From assembly GCA_030141605.1 (NCBI GenBank), contig JAQGDQ010000214.1:1-64000 (forward strand): a DNA stretch of 64,000 nt, read 5' to 3'. A model generated the notes under the pieces. The model saw only the letters and a list, made by a program, of their open reading frames with translations, searched no databases and was not told the origin of the DNA. The DNA comes from Tubiluchus corallicola. Taxonomy: Eukaryota; Animalia; Priapulida. Positions within the stretch are counted from its first letter, which is position 1, and every line of letters begins with the position of its first letter. Shown piece after piece: positions 29,526-42,049 of this stretch. The position numbers and the translations under genes are program-made.

Positions 29526-29850
29526 TTCCTGGACCAGGTGTATCGACTAATCTCCAGACTTGGCATCCAGTTTGGAAAAATAACGTGCTCCATGAAACTT
29601 GTGGCTCAGTTCTTCCGATGTTGGTTGTTTATGTGGACATCGCTTCACTGTTTCGTTGAGTTTAGCTGGATCAAGAATTCTCTAATGCTGCCATCACCTG
29701 TGACTGAGTATGTTAGACTTGAATACCGGTCTGTGTGTTTTTCTGCACCTCGGATAACCCCTAAATCTTCTATCCTCCTGAGCTCCTTTTCCAGTGGATA
29801 GGCCATTTCCTGTGGAACTTGTATTTCCATTGCTTATCTTTCAAACATTC
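29526..29850 (-). mobile_element. Gypsy LTR-retrotransposon RT fragment, upstream half
   Basis: LEKELRRIEDLGVI...DGSIR / LDPAKLNETVKRCPH...FHGARYFSKLDAKSG, typical Gypsy RT N-terminal motifs, frameshifted. Confidence 0.8.
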
Positions 29851-30423
29851 AGAGGAGTGATTCAACATTGTGCATCCTTGGATGATGACAATATCTTTGC
29901 CACCAACAAATAGTTGAAAATTGCTCTTCTAATATCACAAGTTTTCACACAACTGAACTAACTGATACCATTATATAAAACAAATTTTCCATTTATCAGT
30001 TTAAGCAGTTGCAACTTGTTTGTATGCCATGTATGTACAACTTGTATATGCTTACATGCATAAACGCAGCAGTACAATACTACAATGTACGAAAATTACA
30101 AGGTTATGTACTTGTGACAAATGAATGAGTGAGTAAACAAGTAAAAAAATTTAAATGATGAAGCACGATTTTGTCAAGCTAAACGCTTAATTCTAGTAAT
30201 ATAGAAAAATCAATAATGACAATCGAAATATATAACAATCATACAAGAGAAACCTGTAGCGGAATGGCTTCATTGGCATGGAATAAATATGTAAAAGATG
30301 TATAGAGAAATGTAAATTTTATATTACCTAATCCAGTGGGTACAAAAGTGTCCCATTTCTGTTGTATAAACTTTGATACATCTAATTGCACCACTGCATG
30401 GGTCGGCTTTCTCTTTCCATGAT

Positions 30424-33400
30424 TAGGGTTGGCATTTCCCGACCCGGGATCGCTTGACCGGGAAACGGGAACGGGATTGGCGCAATCCCGGGAAACGGGA
30501 CGGGAAACGGGACTGGACGGGATTGAGGGAAAACAGTGATGTTTGAGCTAATGATGAACTTTGACAGACCATAAATACCAACAAAAAATAAACAAAAACA
30601 CTATACTCGGGGCCACGCCATGTTTATAGTAGTTGACTGAGTTCTAAATATGTAGAGTATGTACTGACATAACGAGTTTAGTGTTTAGAAGCTAATCACT
30701 TACAATATAATTCTGGCGTGGACCCGAGTATATACATAATTAATTACTAATACAAACGCATGTAATATTCTTTCTAAACTAGAATAGAACATAATTAATT
30801 ACATTGATATCGATATGATGTGCGATTGCGATGCGATGCGATACTATAGCACGATGGCATGAGAAAATACAGACATGCCATTGTGATTTTAAATTGAGAT
30901 TAGCATAATAATAATCATCCATCAGTCAGCAAGAAGAGCACAGAAAAAGGAGAGACAAACTTTGACAAGACAAACTACTCAAACAACCAAAAGTTATCTT
31001 TTAGATGTAAGCTCAAATTTCAAATCCAGTCTGTCAGTAGCAGTACAGTACCCCTTGTCCGTACTCCGTACTCCAACTCCAAGAAAGTATTGCATAAAGC
31101 CGACATATTTAAGTATAATATGCTTTCAGAAAAGTGAGTGCGTCCAGAAGCCCATCTCCCATGCGTGCACGAAGTTTCGTGTTGAATAAAGCGCACGCGG
31201 AAAACGCACGTTCCGCTTCGCAGCTAGTGCACTGTATAGCTGCTAGATTGCGGTATATTATTTCCAGTCGTTTTGGCCTGACAGATGTTGTCTCCCAAAC
31301 CTTGAAATCTAAGTTGAAGTCCCCTTTTTTCTCTACTGCTGCAACCGCTCCTGAAGACATCATTGATTCTATTTCCTTATTTAAAGCTTCGGCCATTGAA
31401 ACGGGTGGTGGTGGATTGTTGACTACAACTGCTTCATCATTATCATCTGGATCTGGAATGATCCGAGCTTCCTCAATGACAGGCGCAGGGTGAAGTTTGT
31501 CGTAAAGTGCAATGATAGACTGTTTAATATCCTTCTTGTTTGCCATTTTCATTTGAGGGAATATCGGAGCAGATTTTGGAGAATCCGGGTTATGCAAGTA
31601 CTTGTACATATCTAGTAGCTTGGCAGGACGTCTCTCGAAGAACCTTTTCTCTATAGCCATTTTCATGTTCTTGCAGAGAACTGTATCTTTTTCTCCTAGA
31701 GTTTTCAACATGAAGCAGAAGACGGTATCAGCGGCCAATAAAGTCATACTCCTGTCCTGTAGCTTTTTTACAGCGATTCGCACCGGGGTCAGTGCTGCTA
31801 CTAAATCTTCCAACATATTAACCTCATCAGTGGTGAAATTTTGTTTCATCTTTGGGAAATCAACCATAGTTTTCTCAACTTGTGGCTTTACTTTCAAGAA
31901 CCGTTCCACCATGTCAACACATGAGTTCCACCGGGTCTTATTGTCTCGTATCAGAGATAGAGTTTTTCCATGAGCATCCATATTATAATCTTGGAGTTTG
32001 TCATTTTTTAACGGACTTCTGCGAATTTTCACCACTATTTTACGCACTTTTTTCACTGTATCTTTGATAATAGGGTTCATTGGGCGCACTGGCAAGGCTT
32101 CTTCATCCTCATTAACTTCATTATCATCATCATCGTCATCCTCATCATCGATAACTTCTTCTCCATCTTCTAAATCATCATCATCATCATCCTCTTCATC
32201 TTCGTCTTCATCTTCCTCTTCCATACCACTATATATAACATCCTGTACCGCTAAATGTATACCATGGGCGTAGCACGCCATATGTTCACTGGCGATCTTA
32301 CGTCCGAAACTGAGCATGACAGATGCGCCGTCCGTAGTCGCACATATAACATGGCATGCATCATCATCCAATTCAATACCATAACGTTTGAGCTTCATCT
32401 TTACTATTTCGACAGTTTTAACAGCAGTGATACTGCCCTTCGCTCGAGCCAGGCCAAGATTCCAGTATTCATTATATGTATGTAAATTAACATTGACATA
32501 ACGCCGATTTTGGTTAGATGTCCATTCGTCCAACGTTATCCCAAAGCTCACGTCATCACTTCGCCTCATTTCTTTGAATTTTTCCGCAATTCGTCTTTCA
32601 ACTCTTCACTGTGACCAACAATTATTTTTCGCAGAGTGTTGTGGCTTTTAGGTAGATTGAAACCTCTCCTTTCGAAACCATCTCTTATAAATTCACTCTT
32701 TGCGATAGTATTTAGAGATATTCGGTCAACGGCCGCTAATTTACATATCAGTACAGGCATGCAATTTTCAGCTTTATTATCTGGAGCAGTAAACTTATCT
32801 ATGCGCTGTTGGAGTTGGATTCTTGCCTTCTTTGGTTTTGATATACCTTCTCCATCCTCCCCATCCTTTTCCAATGATATAGACTTGTGCATTGCCTTAA
32901 GGTGTCGCTTCATACCGGATGTAGAGCCTCCGTCTCTCTTTATTACCGACTTACATAGTTGACACTTTGCTTTTTTTGTGTCATTGGGATCAACGGCGAA
33001 GTAGTTCCATATTTTACTAGTACAACCTGTAGGCATCGAAATTTTCGATTGTACCTTCTGTCCGGTATCAGTACCACTACCACCTTTTGAAGAAACGCTC
33101 GATTTTTCATTCTCAACTACAGCAGAACTATTGTCAGAACTGGCCATCATAAAACTCAGAACAGAGACACCAATCACAGAACAAGATGCACAATCAGAAT
33201 CAGGCAGTATAAGGCAACGTCGCACACAGTCCACACAATACTACAAATTTCAAATGTCAATATTCCTTCCTATGCGTCTCACTCACTCGCCGGCTACTAA
33301 AACAATGACAATGCTATATCTGAACTGAATTACCCGTGTAGCTGAGCTGCTGTACTGTACTGCCTATGCCTAGTTAGTTGCCTAGGCGATCGACATGCCA

Positions 33401-33556
33401 ATACACGCACATGCAGCGGAGTGAGTGACTTCCTTTTTTTATTATTTTTTTATTAATCCCGCGGGATCCCGGGATTATAATTGTACTCCCGGGATTGGCC
33501 AAATGTGCCGGGATCCCGGGAAACGGGAACGGGATTCAACGGGATTGCCAACCCTG
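30424..33556 (-). mobile_element. Complete hAT DNA transposon, 3133 bp
   Basis: TIRs TAGGGTTGGCA.../...TGCCAACCCTG, perfect 8-bp TSD TCCATGAT (30416-30423, 33557-33564), subterminal CCCGGGA/GGGAAACGG repeats. Confidence 0.95.
31109..33150 (-). CDS. hAT transposase (BED finger, DDE core, C-terminal dimerisation domain) split by one frameshift
   Basis: WNYF..AKCQLC..STSGMKRHL (BED), LDEWTS, TTDGAS, CYAHGIHLAV, TRWNS, TSCEAERAFS; single frameshift in a 5-nt homopolymer at 32579-32583. Confidence 0.9.
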
Positions 33557-34554
33557 TCCATGATGCAAACGGTGCTTACATGCCCTAGATGGTGTCCAGC
33601 ATAAGCCCAACTTGTATCTGTGGCTTGGGCATACTGTCAGATTTCTATATTCTGGTGAATCAAAATCAAATTTACCAGTCCTTGCAGGAAGCAATTTCCA
33701 TTCCGTAGATATTTCATATTTTTGAAGATGCAAGCGCCCTATATGCGGTCCAGTGTATTTAGTACAGACTAATAGATTCACAATATTCGTTTCGTGCAGA
33801 TAACTAGTCACAATACAGCATTTAACGCTGGTAAACAGCCCAGAAAGCGAACATTTTAATTCAGCAGTGGCCGCCATCTTGAATGCTGGAGTCCAATCCT
33901 GTCGGTAGTTTAACCAATGTGCTGTCCAGGCCCCTAGTTACCAAAGATGAATACTTATGACGTTTTGAAGTATTTTGGCAAGATTTGACAACTCATGTTT
34001 ACCCACACAAAGCTTTTTGATGACCTATATTTTCACCCTGATATATGCCTCTTTCAGGGGTCATTTACAATAGGGTGGAAATTCGCTCCATCGAAATTGT
34101 CACTGCAGCATAGTGGGATGGGATGCTGTATTCACATACATATCGATATTGTATGTGGTATATCGAGATTGTGGGTGTCCCTGCCCCCACAATGGGTGAG
34201 ATATAAGACTTTGAAATGACTGAGTATTTGCATCTTGTGCATAATGCGAGCTTAAAGACCCCCAGTAGAGCCGAAAAGTCATTTTGGAGAAGATAACAAG
34301 ATCCAATACTGTGCAGAGTCAGATCTATTCAAACTCAGTGGTTGCTGCATGGCTAATCCTTCAAATATGAGTAAAAATAGAGAAAAATAGATACCTCTGC
34401 TACTATGAGGAGTTGGACCAAGCGGATTCGCATAGTGAATACTAGTGACTAGTGGACCTCATACCCGAACTTTGGTCCGAATCGGGTTACCTAACCTTGT
34501 GCCGGAATTTTTCGCATCGTCTCCTCGCGGACACGTTCACGGGTTTTTTTAAAT

Positions 34555-36640
34555 TAATATCAAAACTATATCGCCTACATCGATGTTGTTTTTCTTTAAG
34601 TTCCACTTGCTCCGATGCTGCAGTAAAGGAATATACTCTTTTTGTCATCTCTGCCAAAATACATCGGCCATATACTGAACTTGACGCCAGTGTTTTTTAT
34701 ATACAGTCTAGTGGCGAGAGGCGAGATAACGGGAATATAACGAAGTTAGTCTATATGTATATACATAATAGTTGATTAACATGGTGTTCCTCTATGTACA
34801 TATAAAATATATTTCGCATTATGATACCAATCAACATTAAATCAGAAATGAAAAAATGTCATAAAAATAATCTAGAAATAACCCACATAGAAACGAACCA
34901 GATAGCGACGGTAGTGGGACTTAAATGCACTGATGATACCGGCGTCCATCGGCTGCAGGTGGCTGGTAGTGGTAGGCGGCAAGAACTCACAGCGGATATG
35001 AGTTAAGTTCTCAGGGATGATGTGACTGGGTGCATTGTCCATTAGCATCAAAATATGGCGGTTTTTACTCGCCATTCTGTGGTTGAGGGACTTCAAAAAT
35101 TCATCCAAAATTCCATTAACCATCCATGCTTTATTGTTGGCGTAATAGTCGCAGTAGAGCTTAGGATTGAACTGTTTGAAGCACCTTGGTTTCCAAGTTT
35201 TACCGATGATCAATGGTCTGAGCTTGTCTGATCCATCAACGTTACTGCAAAGCATCACCGATATCCTGTCCTTTGGTTTTTTCACGCCCTTCGTCTTATC
35301 CGTCGTTGTCAATGACCTATCTGGCAACATTCGAAAGAATAGACCGGTTTCATCAAGGTTATAAACGTCACTCAGTTCAAAATTTTTTATTACACGTGCT
35401 GCCTGTTCTCTGCCCGTATCAAGAACGTCTGAATCTACACCAGCACTTTCACCGCAGATTTTCTTGCTGCCAATGGCGAGGGCGAGAAGCGAGGGTGGCG
35501 ACTTAATGAGGTAAATATCAAAGCAGGAAATCCGTCCTGGTACTTTCTATGGCGAGAGACGAGTTTGGCGGCATAACGAGGGGCGAGATAACGAGGCTAG
35601 ACTGTAAGTTGTCGGAGGCGAAGCTTCCAGATGGCAAGACTGGTCCGGCACGAAGTAGCAGCAAATGATTTGGCGTTAAAGCTTCGCAGTCTCTAGCATC
35701 ATCAGACACAGCCGTCATTGGGCGACTATTCAGTATGTTCTCGATTGTGCAGAACAACGTATGTAAAACTTCATCATCCAAGATCTGCTTCTCCATTACA
35801 AATGACAAAACCTTTTTAATACTTTTAATCAATCTCTCCCAAATTCCGCCTGTATCAGGAGAGGTTGGAGGGTTGAAACACCAATCAATGTTTTTCTTTT
35901 GAAGCTCCTTTATTAGTCTCCGGTCTTCATTCCAAGCATCAACAGATTTTTGTAGCCATGCATGTGATGATCAAACCATAACATTTTACACGAGTTCTGC
36001 CTCGTTTAACGAGATACGGCCCAAAGCAGTCTAGCCCCACATTTTCAAATGGGGCTGCTCTCTCTTTAGGCAGGTCTGCCATCTTCTGCTGCATCAACTG
36101 TTCTTGCTTCAAACGACATAGCCTACATTCACGGAGTATGCGTTTGGTTAAAACTGTGAGCCCGACCATCCAATATTTTTGCCTGACAAGAGACATCACA
36201 TGTTCTTTCCCACTGTGACCATTCATCTCGTGATACTGGCGAACAATTAACTCTGAGTATTGATGCTTAGGTAGCAGTACTGGATGCTTAGCACAGTCAG
36301 CAAGGTTAGCATTTCGCAAATGTCCCCCTATAACACATACTTGGTGGCTGGACAAGACAGGATACGTTTGGAAACCGAAACTTTTCCTTTTTGCAGTGCC
36401 CTGTACTCTTACCTGAAATACTTTCTTTGCATGCATTGAATAATAGCTTGCTCGGCATCTTCTAAACCTTTTAGCGATAAAGTCTTAGTGGCAGGCCTGG
36501 AGATAGAGTTGCATCTGCAAAGAAGTGCTTCTTTAACTTTCAGAGTCCAAGCTACAGCTCATTTAAGCTTATATGCAAATGTAAAATGTTGACAAAGCAC
36601 GTCCATTGTGTCATTTGTTTCTCTGCCAATATAAGCCATG
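34555..36640 (-). mobile_element. BEL/Pao LTR-retrotransposon integrase/C-terminal fragment
   Basis: KHPVLLPK, GHSG..RQKYW, MADLPKER..PFENVGLDCFGP, WERLIKSIK, LTPNHLL, and beyond the Tigger WRQVQYMADVFW..EY.PLLQHRSKW..VGDIVLI. Confidence 0.88.
34704..35604 (-). mobile_element. Deleted Tigger (TIGD-like pogo) element nested in the BEL element
   Basis: Ends CAGTCTAG.../...CTAGACTG with TA on both sides; DDE_1 motifs YNLDETGLF, KDRISVMLCSNVDGSDKL, LMDNAPSH, FLPPTTTSHLQPMDAGII. Confidence 0.88.
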
Positions 36641-36959
36641 TATACTGAAACGGTATACATGTATATATATTCGCAACATCTTGTCAATTTTAGTTGCTAA
36701 GACTACAGCACATAGTTCGAGCCTAGGAACTGTTAGTGTCTTTAACGGTGCTAATCGCGTTTTACTAATCAACAGCTTGCACTTCACATCTTGCTCACAA
36801 TACGTGCAAAGCAGTATTTAAAATTTTAAAATAACAATGTACCTGTAAATATTTGTACGATTTAAGGTACAGTGTAATAAAAAAAGTTAGAAACTGTATA
36901 ACAGAAATTTGCTTCATGAACTATATTTCTTGTATGACAATAAAATAAAAGGTGCATGT

Positions 36960-38736
36960 ACATGTAGATCAACACCGATAAAGTCCTAAATGTCTCCGTT
37001 ACACTGCTGGCACACGTAGAATGGATCATCTGTGGCCTGGTTGCACTTGCCATAGAACCACTGGACGCAGTTCAGTCACTGCACCCAGTCGGGCCCCGTA
37101 CATCCCCGGTAATTCGTTCCACATTGAAAGCAGATGTCCGTGTTCTCATCGGGATTATCCACTTCTGGATTTCCTGCAGAGTTAGTCGAAGTCGAAGGAC
37201 CAGCTCCATCATGTCCATGGAAAGCGGCAGCTGCTAAATCAACTCCTGGTTTATGGCTAACCTTCTTCCCTCTCTTGGGCTTCGTCGTAGTGCTTTCTCC
37301 CCTACGCTCCTTCAAAAGAGCAATCAAAGCGCCAGCCAAGTCCCTGCCAATGTTTGAGTTACCGGCATCTGGCAACCTCTTGGGTACTTCATAAGGGCAC
37401 GTAGCCACACGCCCGGAAGCCAGATGGTAAGCTTTCGCGAAAGGCTTGGGAGGACTGATCCCAGAGGCTATTGAGAAGTTGCGGGAAAGTATCTTTTGGT
37501 ATCACCCCATTCCTTTTTGTCTCCATCCGCCACTTGTCCAGGATTTGCTTCCATCTCACTTTCAGGCCCTTGAAGACTGCCACGTCAAGCGGTTGAAGAA
37601 GGTGCGTGGCATTGAGGATCAAGCTGATGAAATGGATGTCATGTTCTTGGCATAGCCTAATTACCTCTGGAGAAAAGTGTGACGCCAAGTTATTGCCAAG
37701 GAGAACTTTTTCCCAAGAAGTTGGTTGGCGTGAGGAATAAATAAGGAGGTGAACACCCCGCTCAAAGGTCTCCATGTTGAACCACCCACTTGTTGTGCAA
37801 TCATAGACAGTGCCTCGTGGACCTCCTTTTGTCCAATTTTCGTAAATGTTCTTGGCTTTCTATACTACCATAGGTGGTAGCATCGTCCCGTCGGCGGCCC
37901 CGCAAGCCATCAGGGAAACAGTGACCTTGGAGTGGTCCTTGATGTTCTCGATGCGTCTTGTTTCCCGACGAGTAAGGATTACTTTGGCGCCGGGATTGTC
38001 CGTGATGTTGGTCTCGTCGAAGTTGAAAATGTTCGATGGTGGGACGTTTTCAATAAGGGGCCCTACGTTGGCAAGGAAGGCTTGAAGCTCTTGTGCACTG
38101 ATCTTCGTGCGGGCGCCCTTGATGTTGCCAGCCACGCTGAAAACCAGATTGTTCCTTCGGGCGAATGATTTGACAAAGTCTATTCCAGGGGTGTTTGCCT
38201 TGAATCGTTGTTCCTGGATTTCCTTCGTGTCAAGAACACTCTTAATCAGTAGTCGGAGATCGATGGCAGTCATTGGGAACCCCCACTCAGCGGCCACATT
38301 GGAGTGCGTTGGCGATTTCGTGCTCCTCGGCGGTGGAGAACACTGGCTGACCTCCAGTCTTCCGCGGATGACTTCCTGAGAGTTTGTCAAAAGGGTCTTT
38401 CTTGGAACTCCGAATTGCCTTGCCGCTGCGCTGATTGTCCTGTTGGTATTCTTGACGGCATGTAGGGCAGCTTCCAGAGCTTCTGGGGTATAATTTTGGT
38501 ATCTATGACCCGGTACAGGGCTGTAGGTGCGTGGCATGTTAAGTAGCAAGAAATAGTAGACAAATAATATGTAGCGCAGAATGGAATACTTCTAGTGCGA
38601 ATTGAAAGAAGATAACTGTCGCAAACAGATATAATGGCAGTGATCATGATATCTGTTCATTAAACACTGAGCAATAGTTACAGCAAACCTACAATGGCCA
38701 TTATGTAAGGGGTGGCGAACTCACCCCGTTTTACGG
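36960..38736 (-). mobile_element. Pogo/Fot1-like transposon (psq-HTH, CENP-B HTH, DDE_1, C-terminal PHD-like finger), frameshifted
   Basis: MPRTY...AAARQFGVPRKTL, NIFNFDETN, THLLQPLDVAVF, CFQC...DWVQ..C.QWF; 5' end CCGTAAAACGGGGTGA with TA at 38737-38; 3' TIR not found. Confidence 0.85.
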
Positions 38737-39957
38737 TATGTATTTATCACAAACTAATAGTGCTGCTATCTTTCGTAGGCCTTTGTTTTATGCTCATTAT
38801 GCGAGAGTCACTTGTCTATCAGCAGAATTTTGAAGTTACTGGCAAGTTTGAAAGGTAACCGTCAATGATTTAGTGACAAGTAGTCGATGATTATGGATCA
38901 TAATACCATCACTTTAAACATTTGATAAAATGAAAATGAGCTAAAAAACAGGTTTTTGGAACCTATTTGTGGCACAAGCAGACAGGCGTTATTGATAAAC
39001 TGGCATGAACTTCATTTATTAAAGTTTTTTCTAGCAAGAAAAAGTAGGTCTAAACAATTTTTTAAGCCCAATCCATGCTTTTTTGCTCAAAAGCCTCGAA
39101 ATAATACCACTGTGTAATCTGCCAGAAAAATGCGAAACAAAAAATTGTCTAGGAACGAAGCGGTAGAACAAGGGTGCGCAAATGCACAAACTTTTGATAT
39201 CAAAACAAGCCCTCGGTCAAGCCACTAATAATTATAAATTTGTCGTCACTTTAATCGCGAGATTACAGAACCAGCAGAATTAATCCATTTTATAACATAA
39301 CGTAAGTAATTTAACAACGTTAATTTAGCAAGGCTAACAAAATTGAATAACTAGCACTAACGTAAACTGCGCTAACGGTCCCAATGTACATCTTCACATG
39401 TATTCGCCCACACTGCCCTAAGTCTTTGACAATGATATTATCTTTGATTATTGTATCACATTTTGCACATCTCCTTAAACTTTGTGCTAGAATAAGTTAA
39501 GTAAATCTGTAGATAAATGATTGTCGCATTAAAATCGTAAAAAATAAAAAACTTACCAAATTTTCAATTAAGCAAAGAAAATAAAAGAGAAAACATGTGC
39601 CAGGCCACATTTCCTTCGCATTTCATATTCCCAAAATTCACAATGTTTGTACAATACGCATGTGCTGTATGTCAATTTCTCAAAGACACTGCAATTTCTG
39701 AAGAGTCTTACGACTTTGCCATCTCGAGGCATGCATTTCTCTGAAGTCACACAAACAGTAGACAATGCAGTTTCACAAGCAAAGTATAGCCTGTTGTAGT
39801 AGTTTAACCCTGTTACACGGGTTTAGACTGTATCTAAAGGTTTTACAAGCAAAATGACGACAAAGATTCAAAATGCATAACATATGCGAGTGCAGGAAGT
39901 GCGACTCAAAGTTTCATAAGCTGTACCACGATTAGTATTTCACATGCGATAAACACT

Positions 39958-39992
39958 CGTGTGTGTGTTTGTGTGCGTGCGTGCGTGCGTGC

Positions 39993-40022
<30 letters not shown>
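39958..40022. repeat. (GT)n/(GCGT)n microsatellite
   Basis: Directly visible. Confidence 0.95.
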
Positions 40023-40023
<1 letters not shown>

Positions 40024-42049
40024 GGTTCTTAAAGGTTCTTTGCAATGGCTGAACTACTACATTTTGCTTTATTGTCATCAGATATGCTGATTTGCTCATT
40101 GCTTCAAACACTGCATTCGACTGATCCTAGACTAAACTAGAGACATCAGTGTCCTCTATAGACTTTCCGTTGTTGTTCTCAGTATTTCCTCCTCTGGCTA
40201 ATTCTACTGTATTGTAAGACAGGCGATAATATTCTACACAGTTGATATGTTTGCATGGTACTTGCATTCAAGTGCTGCATCATTTTTAGGAGATGGATCT
40301 TCTAATAAGGAGTTGCTGAGGAAAGTTTGTTGCCAATAATAAAGGTTAGAAAACTTAGGCAAAAAACAAAGTGACATGTTATGACTTATTTGGCTTTAGC
40401 TGTTAAAAACTTTCCTAGTTGTTCTTTAGTCTGCCTTATTTGGTTGCTTACATTCTAAGTGATTCTATAATACTACTTCTTGGTGTCCTGATACAACGTT
40501 TTTAAGAATCGTTAAGAATTTTTAATATACAACGCTCGGAAGTGGTGCTGATATTCCACTAGTTTTTTGTTGAATTGCTGTTATGCTTACTTGTCTTGAG
40601 AATTCTCTCTTATTTTCTTTTATTTTGCAATTTTGCATGCCCACAGTCTGCAATGGGCATACGATGATGATGATATTAAAATTTTTACTTCACATCTCTT
40701 ATTTTCATTGTATTTGCAGCCAAGTGCAAATATTGGTTGATTGCATTTCTAGCAAGTCTACCATGATAGGATGCTACCAGACCATCTGATTTGCACATCT
40801 GCTGCCTAACAAGATATCCAAGAAAAATACAATTTATATAGTTTGCATCAGCAGGTTTCTGGGGTTTGCTGTATCTTCTGCTTTCCACTATAATGAAGAA
40901 GTGCTTACAGCGCTCCATCCCTCCTGTTCATATATCCATTTTCCAACAATAATTGCATCCTGTGTCATCAATTCTTTTTTCGGATATTACAATTTTAAAA
41001 TTATAAGGGGTGAGTGACGGATAAAATTATTTTTTTGTAAAATTGAAATTTGTGACACATTTGGAGAAAAATGTCTATGTCTATGTCTATGTGTAGATAA
41101 GCAATTTTAATAGCTACTGCATTCCTTTGTAAGCAGGTAGCCACAAACAAAAAAGGGACCGAGCAAGGTTACAAAGCAGCCCTAAATATAATTAGTATAC
41201 AGTACTTACATAATTATTATAAGCAAATCATTTTTTTAATAATTAATACTTAAAGTGCAAAACAAAGTGGCTTAGACTGACCTCAACATAACTGCTGTCA
41301 CTGCTTCTTGATTCTGGCGACTCTTCCGTTTTTGCCGTACTTGCTTCAGTTTTCTTCCTTGGTTGAAACTGAAATCCTTTTAATCCCACTCCAATCATAG
41401 ATTGCGGCGCTATTACCATTTCTTTGTCGGATGAATCCATAATGAAGTTATCAAAAGCTGGCGCAATGAAAAAAATTGATGCAACACTTTAGGCTTTAGA
41501 TGGCGAATAAATGCACGTGTTGTTGCGCAATATGCAGTATCTTCAAATCCGCCGTTGTTACTGCGCTTTTCGAAGATAGACATCTCTCAACAAATGATAT
41601 TATATGAGCTGCCAGGAAATTATCACTTTTCATTTTGAAAAAATGTTTATGTATTTTGAAAAACAATTTTTAGTGATGTGGATGGAAACTGTATACTGGT
41701 TTATAACATACACGAACATCTGCCTTCCTACGTTTATCTACAACCACTGAATCATGTATCATGAGGTTTATGAATTGTTTTCGCAGCTGAAGGGCGTAAC
41801 GGAAACTGGGTTCTTTTTACTAATGTTTTACGTCTTTTTGCGTAAGACTGACGAGATATTGCAATATGAGCCCAGGAAGAGTGAGCATCTGGTGAATAAT
41901 AGTAGTAGTAGTACTTCTGTGTGCTTGATGACAATTAAGATCATCATCAAATATTGCCTACACAATGCTTAGTGTGTTTTTACAGAATATCTCTAATTTA
42001 TTTTTTCACTATGCATTAATCCCATTTGTAATGCCATCTAATTGATCAA

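Larger units (their letters stand above)
30325..34255 (-). mobile_element. 5' part of a Sola3-like DNA transposon, interrupted by the hAT
   Basis: ORF from 33877 MAATAELKC...TVCPSHRYKLGLCW...CKHRLHHG resumes beyond the hAT as KRKPTHAVVQLDVSKFIQQKWDTFVPTGL then a GT donor; TTAA at 34252-34255 at the putative end; superfamily assignment is from memory of the Cys/His motif. Confidence 0.45.
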
